A stretch of DNA of 64,000 bases from the NCBI GenBank assembly GCA_043803945.1, contig JAZDJN010000087.1:192001-256000 (forward strand), written 5' to 3'. A program made the translations under genes and the position numbers. Each line of letters opens with the position of its first letter. The stretch's first letter is position 1. Under the pieces are notes generated by a model. The model ran no database searches, had not been told where the DNA came from, and was given only the letters and a program-made list of their open reading frames with translations. This stretch comes from a bacterium (GTDB lineage Bacteria; Bacteroidota; Ignavibacteria; UBA10030). Below, in pieces: positions 27,484 to 37,631 of this stretch.

Positions 27484-29058
27484 ATGGTTAACGCTGTCTC
27501 ATTCAAGGTCATTGGCTTCTGGTTGGGTCTCATGCTGTTCATACTGCTTTTAGTTCTTCCAACCTTTTCCGTGTTTACCAATGAAGCGCTTACTCTGCTC
27601 GGGAACAGCACCCTCGAAGTACCGCCAGAACAACTCGCAGGCTCCATCCAGATTGTGTTTGCATTGTTTCTTCTCATGGTAATTTGGTGGATCACTGAAG
27701 CCGTACCCTTGCCGGTGACCGCATTATTACCGCCGGTCGTGTTGCCTATATTTCATGTTGTAGGCGTTCAGGGAGCGGCACCATTTGAGTATACTGCAAA
27801 AAATGTCCTTGTCAATTACGCAAATCCCGTCATCTATCTCTTCCTGGGAGGATTTCTCCTCGCTGCCGCAATGCAAAAGTGGCGGCTTGATCGCCGCATG
27901 ACACTTGCCTTGCTCACGCGCCGCAATCTCGCTCAGAGCCCTAAAGCGATTCTCCTTGGCATCATGTCGGTTACAGCGTTCATTTCAATGTGGATTTCAA
28001 ACACTGCCACCGCTGCGATGATGCTTCCTCTCGGAATCGGTATATTACACCTCCTTCGCACGCAGCCGGGCGAGAGCCGTTTCGGTACAGCATTGATGTT
28101 GGGCATTGCATGGGCGGCATCCATCGGCGGTGTCGGAACAATCATCGGCACACCTCCGAACGGCATTGCCCTTGGGATTTTGAATTCCTTCTTCGCCAAC
28201 GACCCCAACTATCACCGGATTACGTTCCTCGATTGGATGACGTTTGGAGTTCCTTTTGTCCTCTGTATGATCCCTGTTGCATGGCGGCTTCTTCTGCTTT
28301 TGCATCCACCGGAGATTACGGTGATTCATGGCGGCAAAGAGCGGTTGTTGCAGGAACGATCATTGCTTGGTGCACTCACAAGAGAAGAGAAACTGGTTAT
28401 TGGTGTGTTTCTGCTCGCTGTGGTACTCTGGGTCTCCAATCCATTCTGGAATTCTCTCCTGCCATCGGCAATTGTATATCGCATCGCCTGGATCGATGAG
28501 TATCACATCGGATTGTTTGTCGGGATTCTCTGTTTTCTGATTCCCGTAAACATGCGCAATGGAGCGATGCTCTTAAGCTGGAGTGACACAAAATTTGTCG
28601 ATTGGGGGACACTGATTCTGTTCGGCGGCGGGATCGCGCTCTCCGATGCAATGTTTAAAACAGGACTCGCCTCATGGATTGCGCACTCATTTATTGCTTT
28701 GCTTGGAACACCTTCAACGTTTATCCTCGTCGTGGGTGTGGTCCTTCTTGTAGACTTCCTCACAGAAGTAACATCCAACACAGCAGTCACATCCATGATG
28801 GTACCGATTGTAATCTCTATTAGTATCTCGACAGGCGGAAATGCCGTGACATTATCGATTGCTGCCGCCGTCGCTGCTTCAATGGCTTTTATGCTGCCGG
28901 TCGCCACTCCGCCGAATGCCCTGGTGTATGGCACGGGCTACGTTCGGCTGAAAGATATGGTGAAGTCCGGTTTTTGGCTCGATATCCTCGGTTGGTGTGT
29001 AACAGTGGGAATTCTTTATATCGTTGGAGATTGGATCTTTGGTGTTTTAGATTTTTAG
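27484..29058 (+). CDS. DASS/SLC13 sodium:dicarboxylate or sulfate symporter
   Basis: WWITEAVPLPVTALLP, SMWISNTATAAMMLP, GTPPN, TEVTSNTA, AFMLPVATPPNA. Confidence 0.92.
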   Translation: MVNAVSFKVIGFWLGLMLFILLLVLPTFSVFTNEALTLLGNSTLEVPPEQLAGSIQIVFALFLLMVIWWITEAVPLPVTALLPPVVLPIFHVVGVQGAAPFEYTAKNVLVNYANPVIYLFLGGFLLAAAMQKWRLDRRMTLALLTRRNLAQSPKAILLGIMSVTAFISMWISNTATAAMMLPLGIGILHLLRTQPGESRFGTALMLGIAWAASIGGVGTIIGTPPNGIALGILNSFFANDPNYHRITFLDWMTFGVPFVLCMIPVAWRLLLLLHPPEITVIHGGKERLLQERSLLGALTREEKLVIGVFLLAVVLWVSNPFWNSLLPSAIVYRIAWIDEYHIGLFVGILCFLIPVNMRNGAMLLSWSDTKFVDWGTLILFGGGIALSDAMFKTGLASWIAHSFIALLGTPSTFILVVGVVLLVDFLTEVTSNTAVTSMMVPIVISISISTGGNAVTLSIAAAVAASMAFMLPVATPPNALVYGTGYVRLKDMVKSGFWLDILGWCVTVGILYIVGDWIFGVLDF

Positions 29059-29093
29059 TAACTGCACAACCTAAAAAGTATTTTTTTACCCAC

Positions 29094-29128
29094 CTCTGCC
29101 CGACTGCTGATGCAATCAAGCAGGCGGG
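29094..29128 (+). repeat. Short TGCCCG...GCAGGCGGG element inserted in a palindromic-repeat arm
   Basis: acccac[ctctgcccgac...gcaggcggg]gatggcacactgataatcaccgaga, compared with the uninterrupted accaccgatggcacacggataatcactgaga at ~35548. Confidence 0.6.
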
Positions 29129-29234
29129 GATGGCACACTGATAATCACCGAGAGAATTACCTAGTGTGACATCCTGTTCGAAGCACTATCATATAAAATA
29201 ATTATCTGTTCTATAATAAGAACGAGGCAACACT

Positions 29235-30332
29235 ATGGGATTTACATGTGGTATTGTTGGTCTGCCGAATGTCGGCAAGTCCACCCTCTTCAACGCAATT
29301 ACGGCTGCACAGGCTCATGTTGCAAACTATCCTTTCTGCACGATTGACCCCAATATGGGTGTGGTGGCTGTGCCTGATCGACGGCTGGAACGGTTAACGG
29401 AAATTTTTAAACCAGCGACAACAATCCCGACAACAATCGAATTTCTCGACATCGCCGGGCTCGTCAAGGGGGCCAGTAAAGGTGAAGGCCTGGGCAATCA
29501 ATTTCTTTCCCATATTCGTACGGTCGACGCCATTGCTCATATTGTCCGCTGTTTCGATGATGCCAATGTTGTTCATGTGGATGGCAGTATCAACCCTCGC
29601 CGCGATATTGAAGTTGTTGAGACAGAGTTGATTTTAAAAGACCTGGAGACGGTGGAGAAGAAGTTTTCAGAAGCCGAAAAGCATGTTCGTACCGGAGAAA
29701 AGAAGTTCAAGGCAGAGGCAGATTTTTATACCCGTGTTAAGCATCACCTTGCCGAAGGGCGGCTGGCCCGCTATCTGACGGTAACACATGATGAGGAACT
29801 TCCCTGGCTGCGCGACCTCCACCTTCTGACCAACAAACCTGTTTTGTATGTGTGTAACATTCACGAGCAGGACATTGGAAAAGAGATTGCCCCGGTGCAG
29901 GAGGTTCGGACTGTCGCGGCCAAAGAGAACGCTCAAGTGGCAATCATCAGCGCCGAGGTTGAGGCAGAGATTGCCCAACTCCCCGTCGAAGAACGCGAGG
30001 GATTTCTTGAGGGGCTTGGCTTGGCCGAATCGGGATTAACCAGGCTCATTCACAACGGTTACACATTGCTGCAGCTTATCACCTTCTTCTCCGTCAATCC
30101 CAAAGAGCTCCATGCCTGGACGGTTCGGAAAGGAACACATGCACCGGAGGCAGCGGGTGTCATCCACACAGATTTTCAAAAAGGATTCATCAAAGTTGAG
30201 GTAATGAAGCAAGCCGACCTCGATCGATTCGGCTCAGAGCATGCTCTCCGGGAGCATGGCCTTCTGCATATTCATGGGAAGGAATATGTTATCGAAGATG
30301 GCGACGTAACGCTGTTCCGGTTCCACGTGTAG
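29235..30332 (+). CDS. ychF: Redox-regulated ATPase YchF
   Basis: GIVGLPNVGKSTLFNA, ANYPFCTIDPN, DIAGLVKGASKGEGLGNQFL, AGVIHTDF. Confidence 0.97.
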   Translation: MGFTCGIVGLPNVGKSTLFNAITAAQAHVANYPFCTIDPNMGVVAVPDRRLERLTEIFKPATTIPTTIEFLDIAGLVKGASKGEGLGNQFLSHIRTVDAIAHIVRCFDDANVVHVDGSINPRRDIEVVETELILKDLETVEKKFSEAEKHVRTGEKKFKAEADFYTRVKHHLAEGRLARYLTVTHDEELPWLRDLHLLTNKPVLYVCNIHEQDIGKEIAPVQEVRTVAAKENAQVAIISAEVEAEIAQLPVEEREGFLEGLGLAESGLTRLIHNGYTLLQLITFFSVNPKELHAWTVRKGTHAPEAAGVIHTDFQKGFIKVEVMKQADLDRFGSEHALREHGLLHIHGKEYVIEDGDVTLFRFHV

Positions 30333-30335
30333 CGA

Positions 30336-31312
30336 TCAATGCGGCGGCGGAGTTCTGTGTTCCCCCGGCCATTGACGATCGCTCCGGCGTTTCTTCGTTC
30401 TTCTGATATTTCTGACGACTCGGTTCACCACGAAGCGTGCCGGTGAAATAAGGATACTGAGTGCCTGGGTCAGGCCGGCATACACATCGATACTCCTGAT
30501 CGGATTCAGAATGCCAATGACTCGCATCAGAGGCGCCGACTGAGGCTCCTGAACCCGTTTCAGAAAATAAAATGTTACGATCCTCAGAAAAATTACCACA
30601 AGAAAAAGAACATGAAAGTGTTTCCACTCGAACGGTCCAACCGTCAACGACCAATTTAAACATCCAACGGCGATAGCGCCTCCGATCAAAGGAGCAATTG
30701 TTGCCGCAATCCCCACCATCGTTCCATCGACGGTAATGTAGTTTGTCTTCCGATCGGCCGGAGCAATTTTGTAGATGAGGTTTGGAATTGCCAGGTTGTT
30801 TCCCGCATCGAAGACGCCGAATGCATGAATAATACTATAGAAATTATGGTAAAAAGAATAAGAAAAAACCAGATGCGGTATGACGCGAAGGGTTGAACGG
30901 TGATGAAGACTGTGGCACAGATCGGAATCCAGAGAAGCCGCGAGAGGGCCGCGTAGCGGACGGCAATTTCTTTTCGTGTGCCGCGCCGTTCAATCATGCG
31001 ATAGGCCCGCATCTGGAAGAGGTGTGCCCCGGATTGAATCGCGGCAATGATGCCGATAACGAAATCATTGGCACCAAGTGAGAGTGCAAATCCGGTGAGG
31101 ATTACTCCACCAATGAACACCGCCATGATCCCCGAAAAGGCCCCCTCCGCGACAGCATATTGCATGCTCCGGTGTACCTCCTCCGGCACCTGTGTTTCAA
31201 CACGGCGGATATTAAAATGAAACGGAGAAAAATTCTTCAAGAGGGCAATAAATGCTCTGCCTTCGCTTTCCGGCGCAGGTTGATGCGGCAGAGGTTGAGG
31301 GGTGCTGTTCAT
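30336..31312 (-). pseudogene. MFS transporter with internal deletion and frameshift
   Basis: N-terminal MFS helices (LTGFALSLGANDFVIG) run to ~30840. A different frame then reads IHAFGVFDAGNNLAIPNLIYKIAPADRKTNY..GIAATIAPLIGG (C-terminal MFS helices); the middle helices are absent. Confidence 0.7.
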
Positions 31313-31313
31313 G

Positions 31314-32222
31314 CTAAGGCTTCTTGGATACTTTCAATTGTTGTAGCGCCTTTAACCGGTATTGATCTTCAATAAGTGCCCCATAAAGATCCGGTCGGCG
31401 GGAGGCCTGAATGGCAAGTGTTCTATCGTAATGCTGGTTAAAGAAAAACGATGTCCGGCGTTTCTCATCCAGATCAATTTCACGGATGATTGAGCCGATC
31501 GATCGTCCCATATCGGCAAGAATTATTCCATCCCGCCCGACAACACCGCTGCGGCCCAGCATCATTCCCTGCCGCCAAACACCCGGAGGATACCCATAGC
31601 ATGCCGAGACCAGGTACAATCCTGTATCGATCGCACGGCTGCGATAGCGGATCTCCCATTCCACTTCTCCCCAACCGGCCTGCACATGTGGAAAGAGCAG
31701 CAGGTCCGCGCCCTTCAACATCAACACCTGCGCAACTTCGGGATATTCAATATCCATACATGTCATAATGCCGACTGTACCAAAGTCCAGCCTGACCGGC
31801 TGCAGCAGTGCGCCCGGGAGAACTCCCAGTTCTTGTTCTGGCATTGTAGGATGGGCCTTTTGATAACAATCGACAATTTCACCTTGACGATTCAGGAGAA
31901 GGACATAGCTTGAGAGCGCCCCTTTCCATCTCGCAAACATTGGTAGTGCAATATTCATTTTGAATCGCTTTGCGAGCATAGCCACCTGGCGTGTCCGCGG
32001 CCCGGGGATTTCATCGGCTATATATTCTTTCGGATCGGTTGAACATGACCGGTGACAGAGATTGGCATACTCTCCCAACAGAACGAGATCGGGATGTTCC
32101 CTGCCAATCTCGTTGAGCCTCTGATCGAGATCTTCCCAGGTTCGTTCCTGCCGCTTTTTAAATGTCTTCCCTTCGATTGTTGCAGGAAGTTGAACGATTC
32201 CAACTTGGACTTTAATCTTCAT
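31314..32222 (-). CDS. Carbon-nitrogen hydrolase (nitrilase superfamily)
   Basis: E-K-C triad: LLGEY, YQKAHP, MTCMDIEYPE. Confidence 0.9.
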   Translation of the reverse strand: MKIKVQVGIVQLPATIEGKTFKKRQERTWEDLDQRLNEIGREHPDLVLLGEYANLCHRSCSTDPKEYIADEIPGPRTRQVAMLAKRFKMNIALPMFARWKGALSSYVLLLNRQGEIVDCYQKAHPTMPEQELGVLPGALLQPVRLDFGTVGIMTCMDIEYPEVAQVLMLKGADLLLFPHVQAGWGEVEWEIRYRSRAIDTGLYLVSACYGYPPGVWRQGMMLGRSGVVGRDGIILADMGRSIGSIIREIDLDEKRRTSFFFNQHYDRTLAIQASRRPDLYGALIEDQYRLKALQQLKVSKKP

Positions 32223-34006
32223 TGGTTGTTCTCCTGAATGGTGCGGTCTTGATAGCGCTTCATGGACAAGAACATGATTCCTCCAAGGAGAAGGAGCATT
32301 CCGCCTGCAATCAGATTTATCGTTGAGGGTGCTATGGGAGAGTCCGGCACAACAACACAGAGAACGAGAACGGTGCCGAGCACGAGGCAGATTGTCCCAA
32401 TCAATTTATAGGTTTGTAGGTTTGTTGCTACTGATGCTGCGGCATCGCCAAATGCGGGCCGCCGGAGATCAGCCTCAAACTCAAGAATATGTGCGTTTCG
32501 CGGATCGTCTGCCTTGAACCATCGGGCAGAGACAAAGAAGACTGTCGTAGCGACCACCGCCTCGCTGAGCATATTACGGACATACGCATGATCATTCCAG
32601 ACACCGGCAATCATCAGCGTCAGCGCCACACCGACAGCGGCTGAGCATGAGGCGATCCCCGACCACCATGGCGTACGGCGATAGAGAATACCGAGAGCGA
32701 CTGGCATCATAAATGCAGCGGTAAGGGAATAAAATTGCAGGGCAAAGTTAAATGCTCCTCCAAGTCTGGGAATATACAGAGCAACAGCAACACCAAGCAC
32801 GCCGATGATAAACATGCTGGCTCGTGCAATTGTCATCTGATTGTTTTCCGACGGCTCTCCCCTGCCGTATTTTACCCGGAGCGGCACATAGACATCTCTC
32901 GTCAGCGTCGCCGAAAGCCAGTTGAATGAATCGTTCGCCTGCCCGAGCGTTGCAGAGAGTATTGCCGATACCACAAATCCAATCATCCCATGCGGCAGCA
33001 GCATCAGCGCAAGACTGACAAACGAAGCCTCTGCGGGAACAGCAAAATTCGGCCACAATGCGTTGATGTTCGGAAAGATGATTCTCGATGCCATCACAGG
33101 AAGAATCCACAGGATCGGCCCGACAAATGAAAGCACTGCACACAGCAGCGCCATTTTTTTTGTGTCCCGTTCGTCCGGAACACTTTGATAGCGCTGAATC
33201 ATCTGCCAGCCAACATTATATCCAAGAACTACGCTGATAAAATAGGAAAAGAGAAACAACGGATCTGCCGCATCGCCGGAGATACTAAGAAAACCCTTGG
33301 GGGCTTCGTTGAGAAGCCGTGTAAAACCAGCGAAGAATCCGCTTCCATCACCAAGATGAATAAAGGATACAGGAAAGAGAATTAACGTCATGACACAGAT
33401 GATGATGGCCTGAACGGTATCCGAAAGCACGGCGGCCCATAATCCGCCGATGACCGAATAGAGTACCATCACCGTACCAACGAGAACAATTGAGAGTTCA
33501 AACCCGGAAAGCGTAACGATGCCCAGAGTAAACGATTGATCGTTAAATCCGAGTGCCGTTGAGACAAAGATACAGAGGATGTAGAGTCCCTGTCCGATAC
33601 CGACAATTTGCGGGACAATCGATGTGACCGTATAAAAATAAGTGGTCGATGAAGAGAACCGGCGTGTAAGAAAGTGGAGCGGTGACTCCAGCCGTGCACG
33701 CCGCCAGAGTTTTCCAAAGATGAAATATCCCAGAAGGTACGCCCAGGTTGCACTCGTAAAGAGGATCGTGGCACCCAGACCATTCAGGTAGGTGAAGCCT
33801 GCCGCCGCTACGAACATAAATGCCGAATATCCGGAGACCCAATTGGAGAGCCCGGCAACAAGCCAGGGAATTCTTCCGCCGCCTTTAAAATACTCTTCGG
33901 TGTTACGATTCTGACGGGCAGCAAACCAGCCGACCCCGATGATGATGACGAAATACAGTCCGATTAAACCATAATCAAGCCAATTGACTGTATTGAATTG
34001 CGGCAT
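32219..34006 (-). CDS. Sodium:solute symporter (SSS) family
   Basis: EYFKGGGRIPW, YSVIGGLWAAVLSDTVQ, QRYQS, LLPHGMIG. Confidence 0.92.
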   Translation of the reverse strand: MPQFNTVNWLDYGLIGLYFVIIIGVGWFAARQNRNTEEYFKGGGRIPWLVAGLSNWVSGYSAFMFVAAAGFTYLNGLGATILFTSATWAYLLGYFIFGKLWRRARLESPLHFLTRRFSSSTTYFYTVTSIVPQIVGIGQGLYILCIFVSTALGFNDQSFTLGIVTLSGFELSIVLVGTVMVLYSVIGGLWAAVLSDTVQAIIICVMTLILFPVSFIHLGDGSGFFAGFTRLLNEAPKGFLSISGDAADPLFLFSYFISVVLGYNVGWQMIQRYQSVPDERDTKKMALLCAVLSFVGPILWILPVMASRIIFPNINALWPNFAVPAEASFVSLALMLLPHGMIGFVVSAILSATLGQANDSFNWLSATLTRDVYVPLRVKYGRGEPSENNQMTIARASMFIIGVLGVAVALYIPRLGGAFNFALQFYSLTAAFMMPVALGILYRRTPWWSGIASCSAAVGVALTLMIAGVWNDHAYVRNMLSEAVVATTVFFVSARWFKADDPRNAHILEFEADLRRPAFGDAAASVATNLQTYKLIGTICLVLGTVLVLCVVVPDSPIAPSTINLIAGGMLLLLGGIMFLSMKRYQDRTIQENNQ

Positions 34007-34027
34007 GAGGTCGATACGGTTGTTGTG

Positions 34028-35485
34028 TTACACGTGTGCAACAACGCATGCTCCACGCGTCGGGCGGCATGGAAAGATGGCATCGTTGAGATTGCCGGTT
34101 AGAACCAGACCATGCTTCGCTGCGTAGTCTTGATAGAATGATTGTGTCAAACGCTGTACAAATTGTTCAACGTGTGCTGTGGGTACGGCATTCACCGTAC
34201 ATCCGCCGAATCCCGCTCCGGTGAGCCGTGCTCCAAGTGCTCCATGGGAACGAGCAAGCAACACCAGAGCATCTAATTCCTGACAGCTCACTTCATAATC
34301 GTCACGGCAGCTTTCATGCGAGTCATTCATTAATCTGCCGAACTCCGCAATGTCATTCTTTTCAAGAGCAATGACCGCCTTTTCTACTCTCCGTGCTTCC
34401 GTGGTGACATGACGATACCGCTGCCATACCTTAAATCCTTCGGATGGAGGCGGTACTGTTGCACCTGTTTGCAGTGTAGTATAGTTCTTTTCAACATCGG
34501 CAGCCGACATACCAAGCCGTGCAGCGACACCCTCCAGAGAGAGCGGGGACTCTCCAATGGCATTATACGCCAATTGGTCAACATCAAGTTCGCTTATTCC
34601 TAACGCTTCCGATGAAAGGTGGGCAAGCAGTTTTGCCTGTACCTGTTTGCCATAGTTCTGAAGAACCGCTTTTGAAATCAGAGCTGTCGCAATACGCCCT
34701 TCGACGACACGCCGGTTATAGTGGTAGCGGGTGTTCTCACTCTTTGCTGATCGAACCAAACTATAGCAGACAACAAAGACAAGAGAAGAAGGCACCGGGA
34801 TTGATTTCGTCCGGAGCGGAAAGAAATCAATTTTTAATGCATGTTTTTCCTGACCAAGCAGCGAAATCGCCTGATCCATTCCGCCGCCTTCCATCCCAAC
34901 ATACCGTTCAGACTTTGCAAGCAGCTCGGCGAGAGCCACACGGTCATAGGCCGCATTATTGATGACAAGAAAGGACAGCGCTGACGCGACAGTCAATGCC
35001 GATGAAGAAGAGAGGCCTGCTGACTCGGGAACATTTCCTCCCACCACAGCTCGAAAACCAACAGCCGTTTCTTCCTTCACCGTTTGGCTGGACAACAGTC
35101 CCTGGACCGCGGCTTTCACATAGTTGCCCCAGTCACCCTGGGCAAAGGGCGGGACGGGAAGCGAAAAAGAAAATGACCTTGGCTCGAATGCCGGGTGTTC
35201 ATTCGCCACATCAATGATGTTGCCCTTCGAAGGCCCGAGAACAAAAATAATATCACGGTCGACTGCCATTGGCAGCACGGGGTATCCGTTGTAATCTGTG
35301 TGTTCACCAATCAGGTTTACACGTCCGGGTGCACGTACCACGATGGAAGGCTCTTCGCCGTACGTGCGTCGATAAAGATCAAGCAAGGTTCTATAGCGCG
35401 TTAGATGTGACGATGCTTCCTGTGCGGAGCAATTGTAAATTGAGGGTAATTCATTTTCGATTTTTTGTTCAAGAACACCGGCCAC
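34028..35485 (-). CDS. galK: GHMP-family galactokinase / N-acetylgalactosamine kinase-like
   Basis: APGRVNLIGEHTDYNG, PESAGLSSSSA, GGGMDQ, GARLTGAGFGGC. Confidence 0.85.
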   Translation of the reverse strand: MAGVLEQKIENELPSIYNCSAQEASSHLTRYRTLLDLYRRTYGEEPSIVVRAPGRVNLIGEHTDYNGYPVLPMAVDRDIIFVLGPSKGNIIDVANEHPAFEPRSFSFSLPVPPFAQGDWGNYVKAAVQGLLSSQTVKEETAVGFRAVVGGNVPESAGLSSSSALTVASALSFLVINNAAYDRVALAELLAKSERYVGMEGGGMDQAISLLGQEKHALKIDFFPLRTKSIPVPSSLVFVVCYSLVRSAKSENTRYHYNRRVVEGRIATALISKAVLQNYGKQVQAKLLAHLSSEALGISELDVDQLAYNAIGESPLSLEGVAARLGMSAADVEKNYTTLQTGATVPPPSEGFKVWQRYRHVTTEARRVEKAVIALEKNDIAEFGRLMNDSHESCRDDYEVSCQELDALVLLARSHGALGARLTGAGFGGCTVNAVPTAHVEQFVQRLTQSFYQDYAAKHGLVLTGNLNDAIFPCRPTRGACVVAHV

Positions 35486-35540
35486 AGTGACACTCTCCTT
35501 TTTTGGGGTATGAACTACTCAGCGAAGTAGGTAATAACTT

Positions 35541-35801
35541 ATTTTCAACCACCGATGGCACACGGATAATCACTGAGAAAAGAAAGTAGTTTGGGTTCTT
35601 GTCCGAAGAAATAACAACTATAATCATTATCTGTATTCGGGGTTGTCCAAAAAGAAAAATATTGTCTCACCCGAATGTTTTTATCGGGTGTCCAGTGCCT
35701 TTATCTTTCAAATACCTGGATTCCCGATAGAAGCACTCGGGAATGACAGTCTATTTTTTTCTTTTTGGACGGCCCCACATCGGTGTGTCATCGTTGGAAA
35801 A
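35541..35801. repeat. Outer palindromic element (accaccgatggcacacggat ... atcggtgtgtcatcgttgg)
   Basis: The two ends are imperfect reverse complements; a related arm occurs at ~29088-29155. Confidence 0.55.
35639..35776. mobile_element. MITE-like element with ~20-bp terminal inverted repeats, containing a REP-like doublet
   Basis: ggggttgtccaaaaagaaaa / ttttctttttggacggcccc (2 mismatches). Internal inverted pair gtctcacccgaatgtttttatcgggtgtccag (35664-35695) and ctggattcccgatagaagcactcgggaatgac (35716-35747). Confidence 0.7.
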
Positions 35802-35824
35802 CTTTCTAAGCAATTGTCTATCAT

Positions 35825-36706
35825 CTACCATTCTACAACAGGATAATGAATTTTCAACCATTCTTGAACCATGATGATATCGTCCTTATAGGTAAGGTCG
35901 GGCACATGTTCTTTCCATGGAATGAGTTTCAATGCATGCCGATTGGCATTCACAAGATTGGTGACAGCAACAACCAGTTCCTTCTCCTGCCGCTTCGGGG
36001 TAATCGGGCAATGCTCCAGTAATGGAAAAATCATATCGTAGTTCAGACGGAAGATATTCATGCTGACCCGAATCACCCCTTGGGGGTCTTTCAGCCTTTC
36101 GATCTCTTCCACTGATGGCTTTTCCACGATCTCGAGAAGGTATCCGTCAGTATCTCTCTTTGTTATTCCAAATCCTGCAATGCGATCCTGGTTGAATTCC
36201 AGGCCCGATCGATCATAGTCGGGATAAGCATTCGGTGCTTCACACTCCCGGAGGGCTTCTAACACCTTGAGTGAGTAGAGATTATCACTGTTGCACACAA
36301 TAAAATCTCCGCCTTTCCAGTCGGGTCGCACCAGCACTGCCTGATAGAGTGCATCGGCTGTGCCCATCGGTTTCTCTCTGCCCGCGGGAATTCTCTGGAC
36401 AGCATAGGAGATCTGGATTCCGTGGAAATCGTTGCCGCTATCCTTCTCACCATAGTATTGCCGCATAGCGTTATCGCGTTCGCCAATGACGATAGTCACA
36501 TCGTTGATCCCTGCTTTCTTGGCATTGTTGAGCATATAGTCAAGAAACGGTCTTCCCTGCTCACCAACACCGATCATGCCTTTTGTCCGTTCATCGGCCT
36601 GTTTGGCAAGTCCTGAATCGACTTGTGCCTCAGGGCTGCTCGTGCGTTTCATGCGGGAGGAGACACCGCCTGCGAGTATGACTAATCGTGGATCACTCTT
36701 GATCAT
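35825..36706 (-). CDS. Sugar-phosphate nucleotidyltransferase
   Basis: LVILAGGVSSRMK, REKPMGTADA, VCNSDNLY. Confidence 0.88.
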   Translation of the reverse strand: MIKSDPRLVILAGGVSSRMKRTSSPEAQVDSGLAKQADERTKGMIGVGEQGRPFLDYMLNNAKKAGINDVTIVIGERDNAMRQYYGEKDSGNDFHGIQISYAVQRIPAGREKPMGTADALYQAVLVRPDWKGGDFIVCNSDNLYSLKVLEALRECEAPNAYPDYDRSGLEFNQDRIAGFGITKRDTDGYLLEIVEKPSVEEIERLKDPQGVIRVSMNIFRLNYDMIFPLLEHCPITPKRQEKELVVAVTNLVNANRHALKLIPWKEHVPDLTYKDDIIMVQEWLKIHYPVVEW

Positions 36707-37621
36707 TTATCGATCACCCTTTCGTTTTGCCGCTGCATACTCTGCTGCAAATGCAGCGCCATCGAACCCTTCGTCCGATGGTAATTCCGAGAGATATATT
36801 TTTCCGCCATGCTGGCGCGATAATTTTGCCGCTATATGGATCTTCACTGCTTCCAATGGCGCCTCAAGAGCAAAGGGAATAGTGTTCCCTTTGATCATCT
36901 CGACAAAGTGAAGAAGAAATGTATCATAGGGGCTCACAGGATCTAACTTCAGGGTATGTATACCGGTTACCGTGTAGAGCGAAAGCGACCACTCATGGAA
37001 CGACTGCTGCAATTGCAGCATGAGCACAAAGCCATTATGATAGGTGACGGCAACGAAGCATGATTTATTTTCAGCGACATACTCGACGTAGTTAGCTCCT
37101 GTGCCGATCACACCCTGTGCCATTTCCGTGGTGTGGATGCCATAGCTGAAGAAATCACCGGGGCCGGTAGCGACCGCCGTCATGATGTGGCCGAACTGGC
37201 TTGCCTGTGCCCTGAATGCCGCGACTTCATCGACATAGCGGAGTGCCGAGCCGCCAAAGATTGGCGTTTTTGTCTGGGCATAGATTTCCAGCAGCCCGTA
37301 AATATCACGCACTTTCCCTACCATGGGCTTATCGATTAAGACAGGTCTGTTTGCTTCAAGAAATGGATATGCCTTATCCAGGTGCTTGTCCCAGTTTGTA
37401 CCGTGGATCATCACGGCATCTACATGGTCAATCATTTCCTCCAAACGTTTGCAGACAACCGGAATGTTATTTTCCCTCGCAAACTGAAGGTCGTATCCTT
37501 CAGGCCAGACATCCCTCCCATCCCAGAGTGCATTCACTCGCACATCGGGCAGGCCGCTTAAAATGCGGGTAAATGCCTGCGGGTGCGAGGTGTCCAGATC
37601 AACAAGTCCGATGCGAATCAT
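36707..37621 (-). CDS. Gfo/Idh/MocA family oxidoreductase
   Basis: IRIGLVDLDTSH, LIDKP, YGIH. Confidence 0.85.
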   Translation of the reverse strand: MIRIGLVDLDTSHPQAFTRILSGLPDVRVNALWDGRDVWPEGYDLQFARENNIPVVCKRLEEMIDHVDAVMIHGTNWDKHLDKAYPFLEANRPVLIDKPMVGKVRDIYGLLEIYAQTKTPIFGGSALRYVDEVAAFRAQASQFGHIMTAVATGPGDFFSYGIHTTEMAQGVIGTGANYVEYVAENKSCFVAVTYHNGFVLMLQLQQSFHEWSLSLYTVTGIHTLKLDPVSPYDTFLLHFVEMIKGNTIPFALEAPLEAVKIHIAAKLSRQHGGKIYLSELPSDEGFDGAAFAAEYAAAKRKGDR

Positions 37622-37631
37622 AGTAATTCCC

